Positions 1-13,317 of a stretch of 64,000 bases of DNA are shown piece by piece; the first letter of the stretch is position 1, and each line of letters begins with the position of its first letter. The notes below the pieces were generated by a model that was not told where the DNA came from, did no database searches, and saw only the letters and a list, made by a program, of their open reading frames with translations. The stretch spans positions 162,017,955 to 162,081,954 of the forward strand of contig NC_068981.1 of NCBI RefSeq assembly GCF_001194135.2. The letters run 5' to 3'. The stretch is from Octopus bimaculoides (Eukaryota). The position numbers were made by a program, and so were the translations under genes.

Positions 1-4
1 AAAT

Positions 5-55
<51 letters not shown>

Positions 56-335
56 AACATGTATCTTATCTTCTTTTTTTTAATCATTTATTTGTATCAG
101 TCACTGGGCTTTAGCCATGCTGGGGCACCACTGTGAAGAGTTTTAGTTGAACAGAATGTACTAGGTGCTTTTGTCACTTGCACTAGTGAGGTCTCCGAGG
201 GCTCGCAAGACATGACTCCTTCATTGAGGGAGTTGTAACATCGAGAGATCTGTTGAAAGACGGACGTATGACAGAAGGACAGGAACAAGTCTTGCTCTCT
301 CTATGTGTGTGTGCATGTGTGTGTGTGTGTGTGTG

Positions 336-378
<43 letters not shown>

Positions 379-513
379 TCCCCCCACCACTGCGTGACAA
401 TAGATGTTGGTTTGGTTTATTTATGTCCTCATAACTTAGCAGTTCAGCAAAAGCGACTGATAGAATGAGTACCAGGCTTCAAAAAATATGTACTGTGGTT
501 AAAGTTCACTTTT

Positions 514-2185
514 GTGTGTGTGTGTGTAAAAGTAACAGCAAGGGACATAGCTCAATTAATTAGGAATAGAGTTAGTGCAGATGAGATGCAGTTTGGAGTT
601 ATGCAAGGTAGAAGCATGACTGATGCTATATTTCTAGTTAGGCAACTACTGGAGAAGTATTTAGCCCAAAATAAACCCTTATACTTGGCTTTTGTCAACA
701 TGGAGAAAACGTTTGACAGGGTCTCCTGCTCCCTTATCTGGTGGTCAATATGAAAGCTTGGGATATATGAGTGGTTAATGAGAGCTATACAAGTCATGTG
801 CAGGCATGGTGCCAGTAAGGTGAAGGATGGCAATGAGTATAGCAATGAATCCAGTGCACAGGTAAGAGTTCACCAAAGATCAGTTCTCAGCCCCCTCTTG
901 TTTATCTTAGTCTTCCAGGCCTTAACAGAAGAAATCATGACAGGCTGCCCCTGGGAGCTCCTCTACACTAATGATCTTGTTCGTATAGCTGAATCACTAC
1001 CTGATGAAGAGAAGAAATTTCAGGTGTGGAAGCAAGGCCTGAAATCTAAGGGCCTTAGAGTTAATTCAGCAAAAACCAAAGTCCTAGTAAATAAGAAACA
1101 GACAAATCACAAATCCTTTCTGAGAGATGGCCCCGCTCAATATGTAAGAAGGGTGATGGTAGAAACTCCATACTTTGTACCCAGTGTAAGCTTTGGACAC
1201 ATAAGATGTGCAGCAGTATCACAGGAAGGTTAACAGAAAATATAGTCTTTGTGTGTGGCAAATATGTGAGTACAATATGCACTAAAAAATGAGCAGACAA
1301 TAGACTCCTTCAAATGTTCTAGGGATGAGGGTCATTAGAAGTAATAGATAGCTTCTGTTACCTAGGGAACCAAGTTAGCAGTAGAGGGAGAAGTTCTGAA
1401 AGTATAGTTGCTAGAATAAGAACAGGCTGAGCAAAGTTTAGAGAGCTTCTACCTTTGTTGGTAACTAAGGGCCTTTACCTCAGAATGAAAGGCAAATTGC
1501 ATGATGCCTGTGTATGTACAGCTAAGCTACATGGCAGTAAAACATGGGCTTTGACTACAGAGGACTTGTGAAAGCTCGAAAGAAATGAAGCTAGCATGCT
1601 CTGCTGGATGGGTAATATCAGTGTCCATGCATGACATAGTGTAAATGACTTAAGAGGAAACTGGGTATAAGAGGCATCAGATGTTGTGTGCAAGACAGAA
1701 GACTGTGCCGGTTTGGTCATGTGGTGTGTATCGATGAGGAGAGCTGCATAAAGAAGTGCCAAGTTCTAATTGTGGAAGGAACCCGTGGAAGGGGTAGATC
1801 CAGGATGATGTGGCACAAATTAGTGAGAAAGGATCTTTTGGACACTGGGCCTCACTGAGGAAATGACAAGAGACCAGGAGTGGTGATCTGCTGTACCTGA
1901 GAAGACACATCAAGCTAAGTGAAATCGCTGTCATTTATACATACAGGCTTGTCCTTTACAAGTACCCATGTCACATAAAATGCACTCGTGCCATTACTGT
2001 GTAAAAAGCACCCAGCACACTTTGTAAAGTGGCTGGCATTAGGAAAGGCATCCAGTCACAGAAACCATGCCATTACAGACAATTAGAGTTTGGACAACTC
2101 TCCAGCTGTCCAGCTCCATGTCAAAACATTTAACCCATTCCAGCATAGAAAACAGAAGTTAAATGATATGATGATGTGATGATAA
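514..2185 (+). mobile_element. RTE-clade LINE, 5'-truncated and frameshifted: reverse transcriptase, C-terminal region and 3' UTR
   Basis: RT motifs QFGVMQGRSMTDAIF, LAFVNMEKTFDRV, RVHQRSVLSPLLF, ELLYTNDL (YADD-like) and GLRVNSAKTK across shifted ORFs; the 3' UTR ends in an (ATG)n-like tail at ~2165-2190 shared with many short copies in the window. Confidence 0.92.
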
Positions 2186-2193
2186 GGATGATG

Positions 2194-2225
<32 letters not shown>

Positions 2226-2379
2226 GAGAGGTATTGGTATCTAGAAGATCCAAAGAGTGGCAGGTAACGCTCTGTAAGTGCTATGGACAGACCATAGTTA
2301 AACTCTTGGTTTGATAGTGATAAGAGTGATGAATCTAATGTGGGTCTTGTATTATCATGCATATATATATTAGACAAAA

Positions 2380-3045
2380 TGAGATAACAAAGCCAAGGCT
2401 GTGAGGAGTTTTCAGGACATTTATAAGGAAAAAGATATAGATATAGTCTTACAGCTGTTTCTGGGATATTATGGATATCCCCTCATCAGAGACGATGTGA
2501 GATGGTTAAATAGAAGTAAATATTTGGGTCCATCTGTCCTCTACAAACCCATTGTAGAAGATCTAATGTAATTTATAAATGCACTGTTTTCAACACATTA
2601 CACAATTCTACAGCTATATATATAGGATCAACCATAATTTTAAACAGTGATATGCCACTCATCTCAATTCTTTTAATATAAGAAACAAAATTAAAAAAAT
2701 AGAAATATTCCCTACATTTTATCAAGGCCCATAATAGATTCAGGGCTTCCATAACAAGGTCAATGCTTAGCCTGTAAGCTATGCCAAAAAGTGGCATTCC
2801 ACATATTAAAACACAACTCCTCAACACTACTAAATAAATATAATGAGGCCCTAAATACATGCAACCACTGCTTTTTTCATACCTTCAAATTTTACCACAA
2901 ATCTAAATGCAACCTAAATAACCACACAGCATATATCCACAACACCCCTTAGGTAATCCTCAACAACCATACTTAACTTTCCTTTATCTCCATCTTAATT
3001 TTCAATCTTCAATTTTTAAACTTCCCTTTAAGGATCTCAATCATT
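2380..3045 (+). mobile_element. Penelope-like element 3' remnant (GIY-YIG endonuclease) with an inverted pLTR fragment at its 5' side
   Basis: + strand from ~2536 reads CPLQTHCRRSNVIYKCTV...IYIGST/(fs)NFKQ*YATHLNSF and later CLACKLCQKVAFHILKHNSSTLLNKYNEALNTCNH, matching the PLE GIY-YIG domain and C-terminus; hammerhead motif on the opposite strand at 2443-2496. Confidence 0.8.
2443..2496 (-). ncRNA. Minimal type I hammerhead ribozyme motif (PLE-associated)
   Basis: Minus strand: AUCGUCU CUGAUGA G GGGAUAU CCAUA AUAUCCC A GAAA CAGCUG UA AGACUAU; stem I 6/7 bp, stem II 7 bp with a G.A closing mismatch, palindromic stem III ACAGCUGU, GUA cleavage triplet. Confidence 0.75.
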
Positions 3046-3097
3046 GAATACTACATATATGGACATGGAAGCATATACATGTGTGTGTGTGTAAATG

Positions 3098-3152
<55 letters not shown>

Positions 3153-3155
3153 GGG

Positions 3156-3203
<48 letters not shown>

Positions 3204-3475
3204 AATATATATATACACATATATATATGTAAGTGCATGTGTGTGCATATGTATCTGTATGTGCCTATGAATATACAAATATATGATTGTGTATATATAT
3301 GTATACGTATGTAGCTGTATGCATGCATGCATGTGACAGTGTGCAAGCATGTTTGTGCATGTGCATATGTATGTGCATGTGCATATATGTGTATATATAT
3401 GTGCATATGCATATGCATGTATCAATACATTTACGGATGCATGTGAGCATGCTTGTATATATATATATATATATA

Positions 3476-3842
3476 CAGGGTGAGGCAGATTTTTTGGTTA
3501 TTGCTGCATTTTTTGCTAACTCTGTATAATCTTTGTTTCAGAAAATAATAATGGCACACTCTCAGCTTACTGGAGAATGAAGAGGCATGTTGTTATTGTG
3601 GTTATAAAGGCTGAGCATAGTGATTTAGAAATATCTCTTTCGTCTACAAGGTTTGCAAGGTGTTAGTGACTGAAGATGGAAATGTATCACCAGTTTCAAA
3701 GCATAAAAAGCATTCTAAATGCTCTGAAATCATCAGAACACCTGAATTTATTCAGCAAGTTCAACAGACCATTAAGTACAATCCCAGAACGTCCATGAGG
3801 TCAATTGCAAAAGATCTCCATGTGCCAGAAGGAACAGTCTGT
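3476..3842 (+). mobile_element. Tc1/mariner (maT/DD37D-like) 5' fragment
   Basis: TA-CAGGGTG terminus; HTH-region peptide RTPEFIQQVQQTIKYNPRTSMRSIAKDLHVPEGTV. Confidence 0.75.
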
Positions 3843-4514
3843 GGACCTCTAAGGATCATATGGACCCTATTTGAGAACAGCTGACCTAATCGATATTTTT
3901 GATATTTTTTTTAATTCTCTTATTTTTGGACAGGATAATATTTTGATTTTTCTTTTATGCGAATAGTCAAATTTAACCTGAAGATTCTTCTGTATCTTGT
4001 GTATCTTTTCTTTTTTAACCTATGTACAGGGACAAATATATAGTCANNNNNNNNNNNNNNNNNNNNNNNNNNNNNNNNNNNNNNNNNNNNNNNNNNNNNN
4101 NNNNNNNNNNNNNNNNNNNNNNNNNNNNNNNNNNNNNNNNNNNNNNNNNNNNNNNNNNNNNNNNNNNNNNNNNNNNNNNNNNNNNNNNNNNNNNNNNNNN
4201 NNNNNNNNNNNNNNNNNNNNNNNNNNNNNNNNNNNNNNNNNNNNNNNNNNNNNNNNNNNNNNNNNNNNNNNNNNNNNNNNNNNNNNNNNNNNNNNNNNNN
4301 NNNNNNNNNNNNNNNNNNNNNNNNNNNNNNNNNNNNNNNNNNNNNNNNNNNNNNNNNNNNNNNNNNNNNNNNNNNNNNNNNNNNNNNNNNNNNNNNNNNN
4401 NNNNNNNNNNNNNNNNNNNNNNNNNNNNNNNNNNNNNNNNNNNNNNNNNNNNNNNNNNNNNNNNNNNNNNNNNNNNNNNNNNNNNNNNNNNNNNNNNNNN
4501 NNNNNNNNNNNNNN

Positions 4515-4765
4515 ATATATGTATATGTATATGTGTATGTGTATATATGTTTGTGCGTCTGTGTTTGTCCCCGTAACATCACTTGACAACCGATGGTGGT
4601 GTGTTTACGTCCCCGTAACTTAGCGGTTCGGCAAAAAGAGACCGAATAAGTACTAGGCTTACAAAGAATAAGTCCTGGGGTCGATTTGCTCAACTAAAAA
4701 GGCGGTGCTCCAGCATGGCCACAGTCAAATGACTGAAACAAGTAAAAGAGTAAAGAGAGTAAAGA
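4515..4765 (+). mobile_element. SINE family A, 3' half (similar 3' halves at ~305-500, 14250-14490 and 59899-60055 on +; 44150-44375 and 46775-46960 on -)
   Basis: Shared body gtccccgtaacttagcggttcggcaaaagagaccg...ggcggtgctccagcatggcc..cagtcaaatgactgaaacaag and a (taaaagag)n tail. Confidence 0.9.
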
Positions 4766-5589
4766 TAAATAATTTTCCTCTTTGCACTCTCTAGAGGTAA
4801 ATTTTGGATTTTACAAAATTCTCCCAACTACATTTTTTAAAATGTAATTGTAAAAGACCACAAAATTATGTTTGTCTAGTGTTGAGGAAACATCTGTTTT
4901 CACACAGCTGCTATATGAACTTATCACATTATTTGGAATCATGTAAGACTTGTCATTGCTGATGTTGCTGCCGTTGCTGTCTTCCGAATGACTTATTTGA
5001 GAATTCCTAACATTACTTACTGCTAATTGTTCGCTCTGCTGCTCATTTTTTTCTCTTCCCCTTGTACATACAGCTGAGTGTTTTGATTTTGTGTTGCTTT
5101 TAGCTTTTATAGTACTCAATCATGTGGCATAACCATTCTCGGTGGCCATTTACATAAGCGTTCATTGAATCCTGGTACAACATGGATTACAATGGTGGTT
5201 GGATGATCTCATTTAAAAACACTGACTGCACAAAATATTTCTTCAAGGAACTGCACACAGTTTACTCAATAACATCACCCAAAAATAACAATTATACTAA
5301 AGCTATGCACTGATTTCTTGCATTCATAATTAGAATAGGATTGATAATGAGAAACAAGATGGTTTGATGTTCATGCCTTTCTTGAGAACATTAGGGATGT
5401 AAGTGTAAAAAATATGGCTACAGCAGGACATTGAAATCATGCCATAGAAGACTGGTCTTCTTTTTATGTAATATATTCATTTCTAATATAAGCACAAGGC
5501 CTTAATTTTAGGAGAGAGATTAAATCAGCTCAGTTTCTAACTGGAACTTTGTGATAGGCTATGTTCCAGTCATTGTAGATCCTGTACAG

Positions 5590-5787
5590 GCATGGCTAGG
5601 CACAGATGTGGCTGTGTGGTTAAGAAGTTTGCTTCTCAATCACACGGTCTTGGGTTCCCACTGCATGGCACCTTGGGGTGTCCCACTGCATAGCACTGCA
5701 TAGCACTGCATAGCACTGCATGGCACCTTGGGCAAAGTCTTGTGAATGGACCAGGTAGATGGAAACTGAAAGGAGCTTAGAAGCTTG

Positions 5788-5880
<93 letters not shown>

Positions 5881-6092
5881 TCTCTCTCTCTCTCTTTGTC
5901 TTGACATCACATGATTGTTGTAAATGAATGTCACCCATCTCCAATATTCTGCATAAATGTCTGGCAATGGAAAAATGTTACCTTGCTTAGAAACAGTTGA
6001 GTGTTGGTGACAGGAAGGGCATTCAGCTATAGAAAATCTGCTTCAATAAACTCTGTGTGACCCATGCAAACATGAAAAAAGTGGATGTTCTA
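5590..6092 (+). mobile_element. SINE with a family-A-like head, internal (TG)n and an RTE-like 3' tail (related 3' half at ~60190-60430)
   Basis: Head gtggctgtgtggttaagaagtttgc; 10-bp tandem ctgcatagca repeat at ~5686-5725; tail ggaagggcattcagctatagaaaatctg...cccatgcaaacatgaaaaaagtggatgtt resembles the RTE 3' UTR. Confidence 0.7.
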
Positions 6093-6520
6093 AAAAATAC
6101 ACAAAGTAGTTGTATACTCTGTCCCAATAATGTACAGTAGCTGTTGCAGAGAATTTATGAGAAGTAGTGGTAAAAACAGATGCTAGGATGCCAGACCTAA
6201 TATGATGGCTGTAAGTGTAAATGTGCTGCCAAACAGCAGATCTCTAACTCATCCCCAAATGGTCAAATGAAAATCTGAACTTTGAAGTGCTGCCATTGTA
6301 TATAGCATGAATCTGAGCCAATGAGGAGGCCACTACATGATCACTCAACCTACTAGAAATAGTATTCAAGTATCCCCTAAATTACACCCTAATATCTTAG
6401 AAAAGGGTTCACTGGATAATATAATTATGGATTTCATGCCTGTTGGAAAAAGACTGGTGAGTCATGGGTGGAATGTCTTTGAACATAGCTCTGCTCAATC
6501 AGGGATAAGCTAGGGATTAA

Positions 6521-6740
6521 CCCTTTAGTGTTTAGATTACTTTGTCAAATGTAATACTTATTTATTCACATTGTTTTGAATTAATTGTACCTTGTCTCAT
6601 AGCTTCAAGATTTTGATGATGTGATTATGTATCTTTAGAATGACAGTGTAGGGTAGGTGTGAGAGGCTGAATCTCATAAGTTTGAACATAAAACAAGGAT
6701 AATATTCTGGCCAGATATGGCCGGTTTAAACACTAAAGGG
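6521..6740. mobile_element. piggyBac-type MITE (second, oppositely oriented copy at 24247-24424)
   Basis: TTAA on both sides; TIR ccctttagtgttt ... aaacactaaaggg; internal sequence homologous to 24247-24424. Confidence 0.85.
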
Positions 6741-6941
6741 TTAAACAATAAGGACCTTGATGGGTCATAAAGCAATGAGAGCAAGGGTTATAATGCTCAG
6801 AACCATAGCTCCCATAATTCTCCCTTCTCTTCTTTAAATGCTGGCCGTATATCCAGGTAAGATTTTGATTTGTAGAAGTAATGTCAAAGGTTGTGAATTG
6901 GTGAAGTTGTTAAATCATTAGATAGAATACCTTTAGTATTT

Positions 6942-7105
6942 ACATTATTTACATTATTTACATTTGACAGATATTTGTCCTCATCTTGTTTGTTGTTAAC
7001 ATGTTTTGGCTGATATACCCTCCAACCTTCATCGGGTGTCTTGTGGGAAATTTCGAACCTGGGTTCTCATTCCTAAGGTATTTTTCGATGTTATCATCAT
7101 AATTA

Positions 7106-7150
<45 letters not shown>

Positions 7151-7355
7151 TCACTGCCTGGAATCGAACTCAGAATCTTGAGATTAGTAGCTCGTGCTCT
7201 TAACCACTATGCCATATGCCCATGACACCTGATGAAGACACCTGATGAAGGCTGGAGAGTATATCAGCTGAAACGTGTTAACAACAAACAAGATGAAGAC
7301 AAATATCAGTCAAATGTAAATAATGTAAATAACGTACATAATTCCTCTCTTAAAT
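6942..7355 (-). mobile_element. tRNA-headed non-autonomous element with a PLE-type hammerhead 3' region and an inverted partial copy at its 5' end
   Basis: Minus strand: tRNA-like head at 7221-7147 (A box TGGCATAGTGG, B box GAGTTCGATTCC), (AAT)n, body, degenerate hammerhead; + strand 7237-7330 is the inverted copy of ~6942-7040 and carries CTGATGA-A-GGCTG..CAGCT-GAAAC. Confidence 0.75.
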
Positions 7356-10300
7356 ATAGAACTCCCTTAGTATTTGTTTGATTGTTTGTAATCTGAGTTC
7401 AAATCCCACTGAGATCAACTATGCCTTTCATCCTTCCAAGTTTGATAAAATAAGTACCAACCCAGGGTGGTTGATGGGTGGAACTGTTAAAGAATCAGAT
7501 AAGATGCCTTGTGGTATCTGTTCAGACTCTTTGCATTTGGACAGCAATACCTGAAATAATCCTGGCCCCAAACTATATCGACCCTAACTTGGTGAACTTT
7601 CCCTTGGATAAACATCAGTGGTGTAAAAAGGGGACAACTGCATGCATGTCAAACTGCCAGTCTTTCTCAAAACCATTTCTTTGCTAGGCCTTCACAAACA
7701 CATGCAGATAGATGCTCAATCTTGACCAATGGAGACTATCCAAATAGTGTTTACAAAGGCCCATTTAATGGAATGGTTCATTACTTATATAAAGGACACA
7801 CAGTGACATCTATAAATTATTGTTCAAATACCTTCAGTCTTAAATACAATCCAAATTAATGTCTAATGGAAGAACATGTTAAGATATTGATTTCTTGTGA
7901 CTGAAGGGAACTCCAAAGATCTGTTGTGAAAGAAGACATTTCTGGATTTATGCTGAAATTGTAGACGTCACTATTATTAATTATAGAGATTAGTTTTCTG
8001 GCAGCTATAAAAAGGAAAGCTTAGATTTTTCTAGAACTGTATTGTAACTTTATAACCAATACTTTAGAGATAGCAGAAATCTGCTTTTAGTAATAATTAG
8101 TTGAAAAAATATGTGTAATGGAGTAGGTTAGTCTTTTTTAGTAAGAGGAAAAATAAAATTAGGTGGTATGCTTTACTAGAAAATACCATCATACAGATTT
8201 CATAGATTTCTAATGGTTGTACAGAGAAATAACTGCTTTTATAGAACGTTTGCATTTGTACTTATCTCTGGTAGTTTAGTTATAAAGTCAGCAGAGTCTA
8301 AAGTCTAATGTCAATCAAAGTTGGCTGCATTCTGCATTTGGAAGGTTTCTTTCAGGGACTCAAATCTGGACAAGGTATTTGTATGTAAGATCACCGATTG
8401 CTCATGCAGCAAGTGTCCTTTCATCATGCAAAGTATGATGGAAGTTTAAAGTAAAAGCAAAGACTGATTCAGTGTGACACTGAATAGTATGGCTGGGGGA
8501 GAAAAGTCTGCTCCGGATAATGCATTTGATGGGTTGGGCAGCAATTTTGTATCTGTTATATAAGTCTGTAAAGGTTTATGCTCTGGAAATTAGGGAGCAA
8601 ACTCAAGGGATTCTTCAAGTGGTGCACACTCAGGCTATGCCACTGTTGACACCTGTTTTGTCACAGACAAAGGAGCTGAAAGGCATTTTGAAAATATAGA
8701 TTACTGAAACTCATTTCTCCAACACCTTAACAATTCCACCAATCCATTGACCTGGAATGGTACTTTATTTATTTTATCAATCTTGCAAGGATGAAAAGCA
8801 AAGCTGACCTCATCAGGATTGGAACTCAGAATATAAGGAGCTGGAAGAAATATTACAAGTCACGTGGTTGAATGGTATTGCTAAAACATTGAGATGTATG
8901 GTAGATTTAAAAAAATATTTGTTCACAGATTAAAAAAACAGTATACCTTGATATATTGTAAGCAGATATTCAAACATGGTTCAATGTCAATGCATAACAA
9001 GTTCAAGTATCCTCTATGACATGTGTGTGTGTGTGTGTGTGTGTGATACATATGTCTTGTACATGAATGAAACTACTTTATGTATATGTGAGTGTGCATG
9101 TGTGTGTCTGTATCTGTCAAGTATGTCCAATACATTAATGAATGTATTTCATGTATGTATGTATATATGAGTGTGTATGTATGTGTGTATATTTTTCATT
9201 ATATACTTTTTGACCAGCTAATGACTACCTACATGTGTCATTTTTGTTCTATATACTACATTTGTTTCATTCCCCAGAAAAACTCAATAACATAAATAGT
9301 AATACTAGCAAGCTAAATACAATGCAATCTATTTATCAACCAACTTATTTTGCTGTGAAAATTATTTTCTGTGCCTTTTTAGACTCTCAATATTTTCTGT
9401 GCCTCTCTAGACTTTAGTCTAAAAAGGCACAGACAATATTGAGAGGTGGGGGTCAAATGATTGTATGATAAAAGATTTTTAATCAAGATGCTACCTAAAT
9501 GTTACTAGTTAGATAGTGCAGAAGAGAGCAAAGGCTTTCAGAAAATAGAAATTGTAAAACAGATCACTGGCAACATAAGGAATCAGAACAGAGACACAAA
9601 GGACATGAAGAAAATAGAATGCATAAGCAAACCATTGTCAACAAGGATCTGAGCCATAGTGGCAACAGTACCTTCAAGTAGGCCAAGTAAGGTATGCCCA
9701 CCAAAGAATAGCACCATTTACCTCTAAACAATGTGATAAAGATGTTTTCAACTATGATCTGTCTTATGATTTTGACTCTGATAGATTGTCTCCATTGATT
9801 TTTTTAGGGAAAATTGTTCATTGAATGTGTAGCAGATAGTGGAGAAAGGAGACAGCTAACGTTTGCTGCTTAGGTGGTTAAGTCCGTCTATGAATACTAC
9901 TAGAATCTCTCTGAGCTTTTGTGAATGCTGCTAATAGCTACAACTCCTGAAGCCAATCATCTGCATAAAAAACATTCAGGTTTATAACTGAGTGTTACAA
10001 ACAGGAACTGCAATCAGTCATGAGAAAACTTCATACCAAATTTCAAAATCATAGGACAATTCACTCATTACTTCTTCCAAACTGAATCTTTTCCCCACTG
10101 AATTGGTTTTTTGCTTCCTCTTCCTTATGAAGGGTACCAATTTCTGAAACTATACTTCATCAATAGTTTGAATAAATAAGCTTTATAAAAGATATGGAAA
10201 ACAATATGATTTCAGATTTCATTTTTTTAACTCAAAATATCTAAGATAGGATGTACAGAAATAGCTATGTAAAAAGTTTGAAATTTTTCCATAAAACAGT

Positions 10301-11384
10301 TCTCTTAATGAACTTCAAAATTACAACCAGTGCTAGCAAACAGCCTGGTGTAGAGCATCAATGTGTGTGTGTGTGTTCGTGCGTGTGTGTACATGTATGT
10401 GTGTGTATGTGTGTGTGTGTGCGTGCGTGTGCGTGTGGAAAGAGAGAGGGAAAATGGTTCCTTCTGAGATAGGGTTTAGTCTTAGGTTAGCCCTAATCCA
10501 ATAAACCTATGATCAAAGATACATGCATATCTATTTGATAAAAGAGTTTGCTTTGCAAACACTGGCTTTCAGGTTCAATCCCAGAATGGTGTATTTACAA
10601 AAGATGTCAGCATAAAGGCAGGATTTTGAAAGTAAATATAAATTGGGGCTTTTGAATAAGAAGCCTCTGTGATATTCATTCTGCCGAAAATGCAGAACAA
10701 ATATCACAGTTGTTGCACAGTTATTCTGATTCATATGAATTCAGTTATTCACTCAATGGGAACTTATAATGAACTACGTTATTCTTTACAAAATGTGATA
10801 TAAAATATATAAAATAAAGCATTCTAAATGTAACCTTTCCACTCTTTCAGTGGTATATAAGACTACATTATCTATTGTGTCCTACATTTAAGATGATAAA
10901 ATGTGATTTAAGTAGTTTTGGCTACTATCTCTCGTAAAAAGAGTGACCAAAAAGAAGCTCAGTCAAACAAAAATAGTCTTGTGTTGTTATATTTTATTGG
11001 GCAGCTTAAAAAGAAATTATATTCCTCAACATATCAGAGAAAGCATAAGTTCAAAGTAGCTGTATATTTCTAAACAATCCTATATTTATGGAACTGAATT
11101 TATTTCTGCATAAGTCTACAATGTACAGACCCATTAACTCACAGATTTCATTTTCATTGTAGCTTCCCCTGCTGACACCCAGATGGAGGTTGCCAATGAA
11201 CAGTAGAGATTTCTTAGCAGGTATTATTATACCAATATTGTTAATATTTATAGAGGCCTTATCAAATGTTAATAACTTTTAGAAAGGCAGTTTTATAAGG
11301 TAGTGGTTGTATGTGGAAGATACACAGGAGTCATAAAAACTACAGATACTCAGGAAATCAATTTTTTCAAATGCCTCAGAGGCT

Positions 11385-12157
11385 TTTTAGAGGCAGTGGA
11401 CAATTTCTGCTATCTAAAGGGAAAATTAACAGTGGAGGAGGATGCACAGAAAGTGTAATTGCTAGAATCAGAATAGGATAGAGAAAATTCAGAGAGCTTT
11501 TACTTCTGGCAACCAAAGGTCTCTCTCTGAGAGAAGAGAAGATTGCATGATGCATATCTACAAACAACAAATGCTACATGATAGTGAGACATGGACCCTG
11601 AATACAGAAGACATGTGAAAGCTAGAGAGAAATGAAGCTTAATATGCTCTGCTGGATGTGCAATGTCAGTGTACTTGTGCTACAGAGCAGAAGTGCATTA
11701 AGGGAAAAGTTGAGTATAAGAGGAAGTTTATGCAGTGTGCAAGAGAGAAAACTGCACTGGTTTGGTCAAGTAATGAGTATGAATGTAAACAGTTGCATAC
11801 AGAAGTGCCAATCACTTAAAGTGGATGAAGCTTGTGGATGAGGGAAACTCAGGAAGACATATCTCAAGACACTGATCCTTATGAAGATTACCAAGGACTG
11901 AGATATCTGGTGCACCACTGTATTCAAGAAGACCTGTCCACCACAGCAGAATTGATACCAGTGTTAGTGCTACATAGAAAGCACCCAGTACACTCTGTGG
12001 AGTGGTTGGCGTTAGGAAGAGCATCCAGCTGTAGAAAGCAAGCCGGAACAAACAATGAAGCCTGGTGAGGCACCTGACATTACAAGTTCCAGTCAAACCG
12101 TCCAACCAATGCCAGCATGGAAAACAGACATTAAATGATGATGATGATGATGATGAT
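11385..12157 (+). mobile_element. RTE LINE 3' fragment (same family as 514-2185)
   Basis: Degenerate post-RT coding remnants (e.g. LCSVQERKLHWFGQVMSMN) plus the 3' UTR and a (GAT)n tail. Confidence 0.85.
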
Positions 12158-12370
12158 GAATTCCTCAATGTTAAGGTGGGAAATTTGCAGTGTCTCTTTT
12201 CCGTTTATATTGTTATACAACTTGAATATGGTGGTATTGCTGTTCCACTGAGATAGTTTTGTTATGTGTTTAATTGTTAAATTGACGGTGTCATAGATGT
12301 GCTTACTCACTTTACCCAAATTGGTTTTTGCAAGGTTTATTAGCCAACATTTAGAGTTTGCTGGCGTCTG

Positions 12371-12416
<46 letters not shown>

Positions 12417-13278
12417 GGTTCTACTATTGGTAAAATGAATATAATTTTTAATTTACCTTATAACACAAATAAAGTGAGCATTCAACTGAAAAAAATTTTC
12501 TGAAAACAAATCTATAAAAATTGGGTTTATTATAACATTACAGTGAGCATTCATTCAAGCATCTTCTTTCTACACTTTATTTCAGCACACATACTACACA
12601 CATTATTTTAAACTAAGAACAACATAATCTTTTCTGAGTCAATGGTTTTTATGAAGACATTTTATGAAGACATTTTTATGTAGAATCATTACGAAGGCCA
12701 TAGTTCTTCTTATAAATACACATAGCTGCTGTTGCACTATCATCATTAATGTAATACAATTGAACAATCTTCAGCTTTGAAATGAAATTTTTATGAGCCC
12801 TTTAAAGAGACAAAGCTTATTCATGCCTCAGCACTAAAAGAGATGGAACCATTTTCACAAAATACAAAAAAGATGAAGAGTGTTTAAAAATTAAAATTTA
12901 TTCAAACTGTTGTAAAAAATATTTAAACCTTGATGCACAAAGAAAAATATATATATTCTGGAATAGATCAATATTATTCCAATACTGAAAAGGCTGACTG
13001 ATAGCTTAGTATAGCCACCTTATAAGAGTTGAATAAATAATGGCTTCTAATTTAGGAACAAAGCCAACAATTTTCAGATCAGGTGGGTTAATTATAGCAC
13101 TGACTCCAGTATAGGACTGGTACTATATTTTATCAACCTTAAGAAGAAAGGCAGGATTTGAACTCTCAGAATGTAAAACAATGAAAAAATGACTCACGGC
13201 ATTTTTTTAATGATGATCTAAACAATTCTACCACTCTAATAAAATGCTATATGCTATATGCTATATATATATATATAT

Positions 13279-13317
<39 letters not shown>

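Noticed and set aside
3041-3529. Numerous ORFs of YIYI/CVCV/HTHT/poly-H, D, M, N or I type throughout the track
   Set aside because: They are translations of (TA)n, (CA)n, (CAT)n, (TAA)n and (TACA)n microsatellites or run through N gaps; no coding evidence.
4811-5119. 102-aa minus-strand ORF MSTIKAKSN...
   Set aside because: It starts at a TTG right after a stop, has no good acceptor and no recognisable domain; possible but unsupported.
7147-7221. Functional tRNA genes here and at the SINE heads (38739, 39870, 61619, 25456)
   Set aside because: They have A/B boxes but no closable acceptor stem or cloverleaf, and are fused to repeat bodies, so they are SINE heads.
8356-8374. 19-bp phase-compatible micro-exon, and a 60-bp candidate at 5339-5398
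   Set aside because: Such splice-like matches arise by chance in AT-rich DNA; no independent support.
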